Shown here one piece after another: positions 29,301 to 38,619 of a DNA stretch of 64,000 nt. Made by a program: the position numbers and the translations under genes. Numbering within the stretch: position 1 is the first letter of the stretch; each line of letters starts with the position of its first letter. Source of the stretch: Trueperaceae bacterium (GTDB taxonomy: Bacteria > Deinococcota > Deinococci > Deinococcales > Trueperaceae); the NCBI GenBank assembly GCA_965215565.1, contig CBDCDZ010000004.1, forward strand, positions 3,648,001 through 3,712,000. Reading direction: 5' to 3'. The notes under the pieces are model-generated. The model made no database searches. It was not told the origin of the DNA and was given only the letters and a program-made list of their open reading frames with translations.

Positions 29301-30194
29301 CCGAAGGTAGAAGGAATCGAGCGACTCGGCTGTCGTTACCATTATCGGTGGGTTTGCCTTGATATGCCCTTCACGCGATATTGACACCGCAAAAGTTTTT
29401 TTGCAATCTGGGCACTCAAGTTCTCGGTAGGGTTGCTCTCCTTTTGGAAGGAGTCGCAATTTGACCTTCGCACCACAGACGGGACATTCTTCTAGCGATT
29501 GAAATTCTCCTGATTCGAAGAGGGGAGAGCCATCATCGTCATATTGATTATCGACCGTTAATTGGTCAGAACGCTTGACGGAGCCGAACTGAATTCCTAC
29601 CGGAATGACATGACCTTGCTGTCGCGCGAAATAGGCTGCGCTCAACACCCGCGCAAGTTGATCCTCAAGCAGGGCGATGCGAGGATAGACTAAAATGAAA
29701 CGCTGGGTGGGGTTCTTCAAAAGACTGTAGATAAGAGGAAGTACGAAAACTTCCGTTTTTCCGGCTCCCGTAGGTGCCGTGATGACGAGTCCAGAGCGAT
29801 TCTCCACTGATCTCAAAACTTCAGCCCAACCGTCGACCTGAAATCTACTAAATTCTGGGTACGGGCTCAGTTTGGCGACAGCTTCCTGTTCGGTCGTAGG
29901 AAAAGTGCTTACGCTGCGAATAGGTCTTGTGCGAGGTATGGCGTCAAAACGGAGGCGTCCAACAAGAACATTGCCGCTTTCGCTCGCTCCAAAGCGCTGT
30001 TTTACCGTCTCCAAAATCCGCAGTAGCTCAAGCGTTCGTGGCACCTTGACACTAGGGGAAAGGGCGACCATATGTGCATCTGTACTGATAGCATTAGAAC
30101 GCCGCGCCACAACCGCCGCATCTGGCGTTGTGTTGTTGCGATTTACTTCTGTGCTAATTCGCTCCAATTCTGCGAGTAGTTCAGGCAGCATCAA
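26307..30194 (-). CDS. DEAD/DEAH SF2 helicase with Zn fingers and C-terminal DUF1998-like domain (DpdJ-like)
   Basis: FQ Q-motif, APTGAGKT, DEAH, SAT, LEVGVD, QRRGRAGR; several CxxC pairs; C-terminal LLH...WEVFEGGAG...C..DGCPVC. Confidence 0.85.
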   Translation of the reverse strand: MMLPELLAELERISTEVNRNNTTPDAAVVARRSNAISTDAHMVALSPSVKVPRTLELLRILETVKQRFGASESGNVLVGRLRFDAIPRTRPIRSVSTFPTTEQEAVAKLSPYPEFSRFQVDGWAEVLRSVENRSGLVITAPTGAGKTEVFVLPLIYSLLKNPTQRFILVYPRIALLEDQLARVLSAAYFARQQGHVIPVGIQFGSVKRSDQLTVDNQYDDDGSPLFESGEFQSLEECPVCGAKVKLRLLPKGEQPYRELECPDCKKTFAVSISREGHIKANPPIMVTTAESLDSFYLRPEFEPFLTGLSGIVIDEAHLYDSLYGVHVHQLINRLKKLVGKELTLIAASATISDPIRFASRLFYGSDQGVRAHEALSSAYEAEQELGGIEGFVTLQTPTDESSPAPSSLLIQCAMALGHAFLTPQEKVIIFADSLDQTGRFFNQLRDAEHNQGLWAFRTVVEDISYPLNGNNEPCPRKEPMRCDIYSAGECWRGIHGGKDCYEPAEVVSEEPLSVAQVTSKTGKNLSPNLLVASPTLEVGVDNEQIKAVVQYRPPRSLAGFTQRRGRAGRKQGDLSHSILILGNDAPDNFALFRRQRLLNGVFDIPLNTDNAVIQQLHERLERDRSQYAKYYQQNESFPPKAIARYILDQLEACPTLSAKYQEDFDNFRDRFAGYFDLSGFKDALIGWADRELERTGPILDLRRHLTQLRSAFPTELMNDLDAFREQIDNYLAGGAQPTQRLTTNSLISQVSQILVDEPERAEHLAEVVTLLTNLRAHLYNLRRTGEGSISDYERLHNFFFTLKEHWNKGWSFQSSPQDIKVTLGSLYYLHAGVDAVSEPSHTCVENNCPVSISSLLPSSYFQTVKPLRFEKRYSSGSSDYIEEQVSNLASLYLPYRLTYRHYGDTTLATLDTEHHPDWVDGSRVRVRLPIEGLSVEGGVRPQIVPLRGVRTDRQGRQVVKFCKQCYKVHSLSKRVCECGGQLEFRKLYAQPYLERRFENHTGTCISERLRVFEGQGRTRVLGSDVESHRYLKSNSNDRDADAEYFRASGDPDRFEVRYLEPMVYTIDTQALGWQLDDLLNELSEGRAQPQQLRGVALATARELLHRAVASVVGVHREDLESAIGDNNVSVWEVFEGGAGLIEVFQKALEADALQVYQELLRVVLCPVGLAEEALRDGIDAQLLRTRTVARLNLPDPQSTLPEDIFVEVSNELTRLINQRASGEPFQYTCLETDGCPVCVGTQQIGDEEPSRLLAESILSRLIIEMSNKELSERAREGKNLPMVLESGAPNRVLSL

Positions 30195-30633
30195 CGTCGA
30201 CCTCTACTCAACTCTGTATTCAGTTGCTTCGAAGCGGTGCTCACTTCATCGGAAGTCTTTGACATTTTATTGAACTCCTCTAGCACTCCAGCGCGTTCGC
30301 TCTTTGCGCTCCCCAAGCAGAGATTGTGGAGAAATAGTCTGAGAAAGGTTACTCCACATTCCCTTTTCTATCTGCTAGCTCTTTCCCCTTCCTTCAGGAA
30401 CTCATCGGTAAAAATTCACAAGAACTAAATGGAAGCGTAACACGACGTAACGACCTGATGCCATAGTGGATTAAGGGCGTGAGGAACTTCACAACTACCG
30501 TTAGAAATGGCCCTAATCTTCCGCTGAACCAAAGGCATTACGCACAGCATCTTGAGACTAGCTTCTTATATTCGAAATAGGTTAGCGTTATGAAGCTTAC
30601 GGCGACTTCAAAGTTTGAGAGAGTGAGATAAGA

Positions 30634-31245
30634 GTGCGAAGAGACGTGTTGATAACGGTTTTAGTAGCCATCTATATCGCTACTGAGTTAGTTTCGAACG
30701 CCACAGCGGGCCGCCTCGTGCAGCTAGGCGCATTTGTCTTCCCTGGAGCGATTTTTCTCTACTCCCTTACCTTTACACTGCGAGATGCGGTGCATACAGC
30801 GGGCGGTTGGCGCGTCGCCAAAGCGCTCATTTGGGCTGGCTTCATCGCGAACGCTATTCTCGCGCTTTACGGGTTGTCCATTAACGCATTTCCTAAACCA
30901 GTCTGGTTCGATGACTCAGCTTACCAAGCAGTGTTCGGAACGACGGCAAGGGTAGTCGCCGCTTCTCTGGTTGCTTATCTCGCGTCCACCTGGCTCGACG
31001 CTCTCATCTTTGAACGTTTCAAGCGCTCGATAGTCAACCGCGTGCTTGCCTCAAATGTCGTTTCTACGTCTGTCGATTCTGTCCTCTTTATTACTATTGC
31101 ATTCGCCGGCACAGGTGCCCCGCTGCTCAACCTCATTGTCGGACAGATAGTCGTTAAGATGATCGTAAGCACCCTACTCATCCCTGTCGTATATTGGGTG
31201 CGGGACACTTTACGTGAACAAGGGTTGGCGATGGAGGGATACTAG
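30634..31245 (+). CDS. yhhQ: Queuosine-precursor (preQ0/preQ1) transporter, VUT family
   Basis: TM protein with F.L.D, R...ASL.AYL.S...D...F, R...SN.VS..VDS..F..IAF. Directly upstream of queC. Confidence 0.85.
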   Translation: MRRDVLITVLVAIYIATELVSNATAGRLVQLGAFVFPGAIFLYSLTFTLRDAVHTAGGWRVAKALIWAGFIANAILALYGLSINAFPKPVWFDDSAYQAVFGTTARVVAASLVAYLASTWLDALIFERFKRSIVNRVLASNVVSTSVDSVLFITIAFAGTGAPLLNLIVGQIVVKMIVSTLLIPVVYWVRDTLREQGLAMEGY

Positions 31246-31941
31246 ATGTCAAGAGCAGTCGTTCTACTCTCGGGTGGACTCGACTCCGCTACAGCAGCTG
31301 CACAGGCTATCGCAGACGGCTATGATCTCATGGCCCTTTCCTTCCGATATGGTCAACGTCACGAACGGGAACTCGAAGCTGCTAAAGCGGTAGCCGAAGC
31401 GCTGCACATTCAAGAGCACTTCGTTAGCGACGTCAACTTGGCACAGTGGGGTGGGTCGTCTCTCACCGATGAAGATATAGACGTGCCTACAGGAGGGAGC
31501 GACGCGAATGCCATCCCCTCGACCTACGTTCCCGGACGCAACACCGTCTTCATTGCGATTGCGCTCTCGCTCGCCGAGGCGAAAAACGCTGAAGCCATAT
31601 ACCTCGGTATCAACGCCGTGGACTACTCGGGTTATCCTGATTGTCGACCTGAGTACTTAGAAGCGTTCAAAAATCTCGCTGAGCTTTCGAGCAAAGCAGG
31701 ACTTGAAGGTAATGCGCCTAGGCTTGTTGCCCCACTCGTTATGGACTCGAAGGCAGACATCGTCAGGCGTGCCCTCAGGCTAGGTGTGCCCATCGAGAGT
31801 ACATGGTCCTGCTATCAAGGCATGGAGGAGCCGTGTGGAGTCTGCGATTCCTGTCGTATCCGTGATCAGGCTCTTATTAAAGCAGGGAAAGCAGACTTAG
31901 TCGGCTCCTTCAATTTATCTCGCGCTGTCCCGAGTTGCTAG
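31246..31941 (+). CDS. queC: 7-cyano-7-deazaguanine (preQ0) synthase
   Basis: [36 protein letters not shown]...CGVCDSC. Confidence 0.96.
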   Translation: MSRAVVLLSGGLDSATAAAQAIADGYDLMALSFRYGQRHERELEAAKAVAEALHIQEHFVSDVNLAQWGGSSLTDEDIDVPTGGSDANAIPSTYVPGRNTVFIAIALSLAEAKNAEAIYLGINAVDYSGYPDCRPEYLEAFKNLAELSSKAGLEGNAPRLVAPLVMDSKADIVRRALRLGVPIESTWSCYQGMEEPCGVCDSCRIRDQALIKAGKADLVGSFNLSRAVPSC

Positions 31942-32641
31942 CCCCTGGTTCATTGTCCGCTCCAATAAGGTTCTTATAGCTTTCGGCAAAAAGTGAAAGC
32001 GCAAATATAGTTTCATCAATAACTTCAATTGTCAGGTTGCTTGCTTTCTGAATGGAATCGAATTGAGGTCTCCAACCATTTGCTTTACTAATAAGTGTAA
32101 GTTTAGAAATTAGTTCGGGGTTCATTGTTTCTTTAGTAATTTTCCAGTCATCATGGGGATCATGATCAACTATGTAGCTATATAACGGAGTTATTCCCCC
32201 ACCTCCCGGTCGATCAAAACCGTAGAAGGTATATAGCGATGTTTCCCTGCCTTCAGGTAATGTGTAGAGACAGTTTCGCGCTCTTTCCTCTAACCATTTA
32301 GCCATCCAAGGATTAGAGCCATGTTCGCGCTCACTAGCAACCTTGATCAATTCCCTCAGAATACTTTGGAAGTCTTTGAGGACCCGCTGAACTAAAGAAC
32401 AATAATTTAGCAGATGCGTAGCAACGGGGTAGTAGACAGTTTCTTGGATCAAATACCACGCAGCTATGTCTCCTCCCAGAACGCCATCTTCGTCAACGAA
32501 CGTTTTAGCATGTCGCTCAATCATCACCGAATACATCTGTTCTAACGCCGACGCACGAGGGTACCAATCTTCATGACCTAGTTCTCTAATGTCACTAAAT
32601 ACAGAATTATCTGACTCGTCAGGGATCATTTCGTCTCCCAA
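31910..32641 (-). CDS. Hypothetical protein (visibly AT-rich)
   Basis: 243-aa ORF in AT-rich DNA, convergent with and overlapping the end of queC; no recognisable motif. Confidence 0.6.
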   Translation of the reverse strand: MGDEMIPDESDNSVFSDIRELGHEDWYPRASALEQMYSVMIERHAKTFVDEDGVLGGDIAAWYLIQETVYYPVATHLLNYCSLVQRVLKDFQSILRELIKVASEREHGSNPWMAKWLEERARNCLYTLPEGRETSLYTFYGFDRPGGGGITPLYSYIVDHDPHDDWKITKETMNPELISKLTLISKANGWRPQFDSIQKASNLTIEVIDETIFALSLFAESYKNLIGADNEPGASNSGQREIN

Positions 32642-32730
32642 TCTAAACGTGAGAACTTAGAGTACAATATCTACAATTACAACATTTTCGCATGGTCCAA
32701 TTGTTTAGGATTTCGAGAAAAGTAATACAA

Positions 32731-32975
32731 CTATGGCAATGACTCACAAGCCACTCCAAACGGTGCGGGTCGCCCGGCCCCGCAGCTCCGTAGAACGCTT
32801 GCGCCTCAGCCTGCGAGGAAAAGTTGCCACAGTCGTGATCCATCCCTTGGGGGTCGCAAGTGAGGCTTGGTGGACTCGAGACCTCATCAGTAATATTCGG
32901 TACGACAGGCTCAAGCTGCACCTGCTGCGTCGGTAGAGCCTCCGCCGATACCTCGTGAATCCCATCCTCCGACGA
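32731..32975 (-). pseudogene. 3' remnant of a paralog of the ComEC-like MBL/excalibur gene (43163-44194)
   Basis: ...[36 protein letters not shown] [deletion] GVACESLP*. Confidence 0.8.
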
Positions 32976-33147
32976 TCACGAACCCGCTAAGCTCTACGCC
33001 CTCTACGCGGCAGCGAAAGCCCTGCGTGACGAGCACGAAGATACTATCTTCGACCTCGTCGCTGAGAAAGAGGTCGGGTTGACGCTGACCGTCAACTCGA
33101 GCCGCTTAGCTTTCACGCTCGCCTACTTGCTCGCAGAAAAGGAATGA
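32970..33147 (+). pseudogene. 5'-truncated paralog of the 77-aa ORF at 40003-40236
   Basis: DDHEPAKLYALYAAAKALRDEHEDTIFDLVAEKEVGLTL..N.SRLAFTLA.LL*. Confidence 0.78.
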
Positions 33148-33157
33148 GGAGCTAGAC

Positions 33158-34022
33158 TCAGTAGAACGCCTCCGCAAAGAAGATGAGCACGTCGTCCAGC
33201 GCCTCAGACCAGACCGCCCAGGTGTGTCCGCCGTCGGTGACGCGTAGTTGCGACTCTATCTCCGCTTCTTGGAGCGCAGCGTAGAACGCGGTGGAGCTCT
33301 CGAAGAAGTCGAAGACATCGTCATCACCAACCGTGATGTAGACAGGTAGGGGGTCCTCTGCTGACGCAACCTCAGCGATGAGCATGAAGGGGTTGCGTTC
33401 CTGCTATAACGTCGAGTTAAAGGGCTCCGAAGGCTCCTGCAAGCAGCTCCTCGCGGCTCAGGCCCGCGTTGTCTTGCGGTGGCACACCCTGGAACAGTGC
33501 TCCGCTCATCACTCCCACCGCCGCATAGGTATCCGGATGGCTGAACGCCAGGTACGCCGCGCCGTAACCGCCCATCGAGAGCCCGCCGATGGCGCGGGAG
33601 GTGCGCTCGGGAATGGTGCGGTAGGTCGTGTCGATGTGGTCGATCAAGTCTTCAGTGAAGGCCGTCTTAACATCGCCGAACGCCTCTGAAGGGACGTACC
33701 AACTGTTCTCTCCGTCGGGCATCACGATGATGGTTGGTGGGATGAGATTCTCGGCGATGAGCCGACCTGCTGTATGCGCCACGTCGCCGAAACGCACCCA
33801 GTCGGTGTCGCTGCCGCCGTAGCCGTGTAAAAGGTAAACGACGGGGTAGGCGCGGCTGTCACTGTCGTAGCCCTCGGGTAGATAGAGACTGTAGGTGAGC
33901 GTGTCGCCTAAGGCGTTGCTCTCAAAGCTCTGCCCCTCGAGCACCGTCCCTGCTGCCGCTCGGGAAATGAGTAGAAAAGCAATGAGGACAAAAAGAGTGG
34001 TGCGGAAGCCGTGACGTTGCAT
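33158..34022 (-). pseudogene. Secreted alpha/beta-hydrolase (putative esterase), with frameshift and stop near 33400-33430
   Basis: YPVVYLLHG, GGLSMGG nucleophile elbow; the C-terminal GDDD...GGHTW..W lies in another frame. Confidence 0.8.
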
Positions 34023-34336
34023 AGGTGCTCCTCTCAATATTTTAGGTTGCAGCAGGATACCGCCTCGTCCCCGACACCGCGGCCAGAGAGGACACCTCGG
34101 AGTACTCAGTCCGCCAGCCAAACATAGTCCACGTGGGTTGATTGTGCCAATCCCTTCGACCATAGGTCACGTTCGAACACGAGCGCTACCTCACCGTGTC
34201 GGAGGCGGACCTCGGAAGTAACCTTGACCTAGTCGCGTGGGGTGGCGCGCTACCGCTTGAGCGTCACAACAGAATAATTTCAGAAAGCTCACCCGAGGTG
34301 TATGGAGTTAGGCCAACCCGTACGAAGCTCGGCGGG

Positions 34337-34960
34337 TCACGCCCTCGCCTTAAAGAGCCGCAGCGCGAACTGCATCAGCGGTCCGATGAAGAGCGCGAAG
34401 AGCACCGTTCCTAAGCCGACCGAGCCGCCCAAGAGGAAGCCGGTCACGAGCACGGACAGCTCGAGCAGCGCCCGCACCTTCCGGATGCTCAGCTTCAAGG
34501 TCTGTGAAAGCCCCAACACCAGCCCGTCCCGAGGTCCCGCGCCGAGCCCCGCCGTGATGTAGAGCCCGCTCGAGAGTCCGACAAAGACGATGCCGAGTAG
34601 ACACTGCGCCGTTCCCCAGAGGAAACCGTCGGCTACCGGAAACCATCCTTGTGCCACAAAGAGATCGACCCACAATCCAACTAAGACCATATTGAGCAGC
34701 GTGCCGAGCCCCGGCTTGACCCCCGAGAGGAGATAGCCGAGCACAATAACGAGGAGTCCCGTGAGTTGCATGACCCGCCCGAACGAGAGACCCGAGCGTA
34801 AGCTGACACCCTCGTGGAAGACAGGCCAAGGACCTAAACCGACGTTCGCGGTGAGAACCAACGCAACGCCTAGAGCTAAACCGACGAGTCCGAGGTTGAG
34901 TTGCACAAACCGCCGCCAGAAGCGGCTCGAGGCGAGTCTGTTGAGAGGGAGGGTACGCAC
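34337..34960 (-). CDS. YczE/YyaS/YitT-family membrane protein
   Basis: GLGPW..FH.G, PGLGT..N, AGLGAGPRDGL, GG.VGLGT..FAL.IGP. Confidence 0.85.
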   Translation of the reverse strand: MRTLPLNRLASSRFWRRFVQLNLGLVGLALGVALVLTANVGLGPWPVFHEGVSLRSGLSFGRVMQLTGLLVIVLGYLLSGVKPGLGTLLNMVLVGLWVDLFVAQGWFPVADGFLWGTAQCLLGIVFVGLSSGLYITAGLGAGPRDGLVLGLSQTLKLSIRKVRALLELSVLVTGFLLGGSVGLGTVLFALFIGPLMQFALRLFKARA

Positions 34961-35149
34961 GGCTGACAGTCTAAACCGTCGGGGCGCAGCGCGATGTGCC
35001 GGAGTAAGTTAGCAGCGACCCAGGGAAAGCCGATGCGTTTCACCCTACAAGGGGTCTCCGGCGTTTGGGGTCTGCTCGAGCCGACGTTGCGCTCGCTATC
35101 TTTTAGCTCTGCGCCTGCCCCAGTGCTACCCTGAGCCGAGGAGGAAAAC

Positions 35150-35905
35150 ATGGCAACGTATGATTTTGCGAACAAAGTCGCCCTCGTTACGGGCGCAGGC
35201 TCGGGCATCGGCGAGGCGTGCGCACTAACCCTGGCACGAGGTGGCGCGAAGGTTGTTGTAAGCGATGTCGACGCGACAGGCGGTGAGCGGGTGACGCAGG
35301 CAATTCGAGAGGGCGGAGGCGAAGCGACGTTCGTTAAGACCGACGTGTCCGACCCGGAGCAGGTCGAAGCGCTGGTGCAGCAGACCCTAGACAATTACGG
35401 TCAGCTCGACATGGCGGTCAACAACGCAGGCATCGGCGGCGAGTCCAAGCCGACAGGCGAGTACAGTTTGGAGAGCTGGCATCAGGTTATGGGCGTCAAC
35501 CTGCACGGCGTCTTCTACGGGCTGCGCTATCAGCTTCCCGCCATGCAAGAACGTGGCGGCGCGATCGTGAACATGGCGTCGATACTCGGCAGCGTCGGTT
35601 TTGCGCAGTCGCCCGCCTACGTCACCGCGAAGCACGGCGTCGTGGGGCTCACCAAGAATGCGGCGCTCGAGTACTCCGCGCAAGGAATTCGGGTCAACGC
35701 GGTCGGTCCCGGTTTTATCAAGACGCCACTCTTAGACGAGAACTTGGACGACGAGACCCAGAAGATGCTCGCCGGGATGCACCCCATCGGGCGCATGGGT
35801 ACAGCGCAAGAGGTCGCCAATTTGGTCGCCTTCTTGTGCTCGGACGACGCCTCGTTTGTGACCGGGAGCTACTACACGGTGGACGGGGCGTACACGGCGC
35901 AGTAG
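35150..35905 (+). CDS. Short-chain dehydrogenase/reductase
   Basis: TGAGSGIG, NNAG, YVTAK. Confidence 0.95.
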   Translation: MATYDFANKVALVTGAGSGIGEACALTLARGGAKVVVSDVDATGGERVTQAIREGGGEATFVKTDVSDPEQVEALVQQTLDNYGQLDMAVNNAGIGGESKPTGEYSLESWHQVMGVNLHGVFYGLRYQLPAMQERGGAIVNMASILGSVGFAQSPAYVTAKHGVVGLTKNAALEYSAQGIRVNAVGPGFIKTPLLDENLDDETQKMLAGMHPIGRMGTAQEVANLVAFLCSDDASFVTGSYYTVDGAYTAQ

Positions 35906-37120
35906 CTACTCGATGATTTCTAGCACGTCCTTAGGCTCAATCTTGCCCTTAAACCAGATCACCTTGGCGCGGGTCTTGCTCACGTCCACACCCGCACCCT
36001 CGAGGTTGAGCCGTTCGGAGACCGCCAAGACCAGGTCGTCCCTGCCCGACTTCTCCACCTGCATAAACTTTTTGCGCAGATACTCAGGACGCCAGTAGCC
36101 CACGATCTCGAAGAGAAAACTGCGTCCATCGGGGTGGACCAGGCGGAAGTCTGGGATCATCACACTGCCGGGGATGGGGACGAGGTCGACTTCGCGCTCC
36201 AAGCGCCACTCGGTCTGTTGGGTGTCCCAGCGCTTGGACAGGGCTTGCTCGAGGATGGAGTCGTAGACCTTCCCCTTCTTGTAGTGGGAGACCAAGCCAC
36301 TGTTGGGCTCGAGTGTATACCTCGCTTCTTCGGGCACACCGTCGTAGGTCTGCTTAGGATTCAAGACTGCCGTCATCTGCCAGCGGGTGACATGTAAAAG
36401 GGCGGGGAGGAACTTGGCCAAGTCCACACCATAGCGCGTGGAGGCTTTGAACAAACTATTCGGACCGTCCACTGTAATGGTGAAGCCGTGCTCAGGGTCG
36501 CCCTCAATATAGGCGAGTAAGCGAAAGAGCTTCAGGTAGCGGAAGAGCTGCTTGTACTCGCCGGGGTCGTTGCGATACGCCGTTAGGACGAGCTCGCTGG
36601 CGCGGTAGAGGACGCCCTGCGCTTGCGAGAGGTTGTAGCGGTGGATGAGGGCGTCAGGGGTAGGGGACTCGAAGCTCACCATGATCTGGTTCTCCGCTAG
36701 GTCGGCATAGAGTCCGGCTCTGACTTGACTGGGTTCGACGTGGGTCTCGAGTTCTCGGCTCAGGGCGTCGGCGACTTCGCTGTGAATAGCCGTCTCCACC
36801 GCTTCGTCCGGTGCTTGCCTTGCAGCCAAAGCGAAGGCCCGCTCCCTAAGCTCTTCCGGTTCTAAGGGGCTGACCGTCTCGAACTCAGCAAAGCCGGAGG
36901 TAAGGAGATGGGCCAACCCTCGTTTGACCCGGTAGTCCGTCTCTTCCCCCTCGAGCAGTTGCAACTCGGTATCGAGCACGTGACGCGGCTTATTCAAGCA
37001 AGCACAGAAGACCTGAATGAGTTCTTGCGCCGTCGCCAGGTTCCCTTTACTCAGCTCGAGCCACTTGGGGACGATCTCCTCACCGTTGTAGCGGTGCATC
37101 AACAGCTCGCTCGGCAGCAC
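35906..37120 (-). CDS. DUF790 (Bax1-like) endonuclease
   Basis: MLPSELL start, YNLSQAQG.LY, DGP.SLF....RYG..LA.FLP, C-terminal IPDF...EIVGYW.PEYL..K nuclease motif. Confidence 0.88.
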   Translation of the reverse strand: MLPSELLMHRYNGEEIVPKWLELSKGNLATAQELIQVFCACLNKPRHVLDTELQLLEGEETDYRVKRGLAHLLTSGFAEFETVSPLEPEELRERAFALAARQAPDEAVETAIHSEVADALSRELETHVEPSQVRAGLYADLAENQIMVSFESPTPDALIHRYNLSQAQGVLYRASELVLTAYRNDPGEYKQLFRYLKLFRLLAYIEGDPEHGFTITVDGPNSLFKASTRYGVDLAKFLPALLHVTRWQMTAVLNPKQTYDGVPEEARYTLEPNSGLVSHYKKGKVYDSILEQALSKRWDTQQTEWRLEREVDLVPIPGSVMIPDFRLVHPDGRSFLFEIVGYWRPEYLRKKFMQVEKSGRDDLVLAVSERLNLEGAGVDVSKTRAKVIWFKGKIEPKDVLEIIE

Positions 37121-38565
37121 TACAGATCCTCGAAGCTCAGACTATCTTGGATTGGCACGTGCTCCATCACTGCTTTAGTCGGCTTCTTGAGGGGTTGCCC
37201 TTCACCCCGCCTGCGCCTTGAGACCCCCTCCTCGCTGGTGTTCTCGGCGATGACCTCATATAAGACCGCGAGCTTGCCCTCACCCTTGCGCAGGATTCTA
37301 CCTAAGCGCTGCACGTACTCCCGTGTCGTGCCCGTCCCCGACATCACGATGGCGACGTTGGCTTCGGGTACGTCAACGCCTTCGTTCAGAACCCGCGAGG
37401 TCACGATACGCGGGTAAACCCCTTCTTTGAACTTCACTAAGGTGCTGTGCCGCTCTTTAACCTTCGTCTGATGCGTAATCGCAGGAATCAGATAGGTCTG
37501 CGACACCTTGTAGACCATCGCGTTGTCGTCTGTAAAGACAAGTACCCTATCGTGTTCGTGCCGTTGCAGCAGCTCAAGCAACACCCTCAGCTTCCCTTCA
37601 GTTCCAAACGCAATCGAACGTGCCTCGCGGTGCGCCAACATCGCCGCCCGTCCCTCTTTACTCCTCGCACTCTCCCTGACGAAGCGTTGCCAGCCCTCGA
37701 GCGTCCCGAGACGGATACCGCGTCCTTGCAGGAAGTTGTTCCTCAGCTCCATATATGCGTCGTAACGCTTGCGTTCGTCGTCCGTCAGCTCGACCTTGAT
37801 CTGCTCGATGCGGTGCTCGGCTAGGGCGTGACCGGAGAGTTCTTGCGGTGTCTTGCTGTGAACAACGGGGCCGACGAGCGTTTTTAGGTCCTCATGCTTA
37901 CCGTCACCACGCTCTAAGGTCGCGGAGAGCCCTAAGCGGTAGGGTGCGAGTGAATACTCGGCAATCACTCGGGTGAAGTCCGCCGGTAGGTGGTGACACT
38001 CGTCGAAGATGAGTAAGCCGTAGCGACTACCGAGCTTCTCTGCGTAGATGGCGGCGCTGTCATACGTCGCCACTAGAATCGGACTCTCGTCTTTACTGCC
38101 GCCACCAAGCAATCCTATCTCCGTCTCCGGGAAGGCGACCTCGAGCCCGGCGTACCACTGGTGCATGAGGTCCAACGTCGGCACAACGATGAGCGTACTC
38201 CTGGGCGTGGCTTGCATTGCCAAGTAAGCGACGAAGGTCTTGCCTGCGCCTGTAGGTAGCTCAGCGATACCTCGGCGTCCTGCCCTGAGCCAGGCGTCTA
38301 AGGCATCTTGCTGGTGCTCGTATGGAGCGTGTTCGCTGATTAGCTCGAGATTAAGCTCGCTCCAGCCCTTCGCCTTGTCGTTCACCTCTATCCCATCGCG
38401 CTTCATCATTTCCAAAAAAGCACGGTACTGCATAGCGGGCAGGCGGAACTTCTCGATGCGGTCGTCCCAGGTGACAAAGTCGAGCCAGGCTCTGCCCTTG
38501 GGCGGGGGATGCAGGATCAAGGTGCCGCGGTCAAAGGTCAGGGTAGAGGTACGGGTGCGTGCCAC
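37120..38565 (-). CDS. XPB/Rad25-like SF2 helicase
   Basis: FDRGTL, PTGAGKT, DECHH, LGLSAT.ER.D, LNEGVDVP, QRLGRILR. Confidence 0.9.
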   Translation of the reverse strand: MARTRTSTLTFDRGTLILHPPPKGRAWLDFVTWDDRIEKFRLPAMQYRAFLEMMKRDGIEVNDKAKGWSELNLELISEHAPYEHQQDALDAWLRAGRRGIAELPTGAGKTFVAYLAMQATPRSTLIVVPTLDLMHQWYAGLEVAFPETEIGLLGGGSKDESPILVATYDSAAIYAEKLGSRYGLLIFDECHHLPADFTRVIAEYSLAPYRLGLSATLERGDGKHEDLKTLVGPVVHSKTPQELSGHALAEHRIEQIKVELTDDERKRYDAYMELRNNFLQGRGIRLGTLEGWQRFVRESARSKEGRAAMLAHREARSIAFGTEGKLRVLLELLQRHEHDRVLVFTDDNAMVYKVSQTYLIPAITHQTKVKERHSTLVKFKEGVYPRIVTSRVLNEGVDVPEANVAIVMSGTGTTREYVQRLGRILRKGEGKLAVLYEVIAENTSEEGVSRRRRGEGQPLKKPTKAVMEHVPIQDSLSFEDL

Positions 38566-38619
38566 CTCGTTAGGCTAGCATTTGTAAGCGGACGGTTCGA
38601 GGGTCCGAGCAATTTCGAC

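Noticed and set aside
30195..30430. Upstream gene of the helicase operon (dpdI-like remnant)
   Set aside because: A minus-strand frame ends overlapping the helicase start but has an internal stop and no clear start. Too weak to call; kept only as a caveat.
30430..30633. preQ1 riboswitch upstream of yhhQ-queC
   Set aside because: TAGCTTCTT is present, but I could find no enclosing stem or class I A-rich tail.
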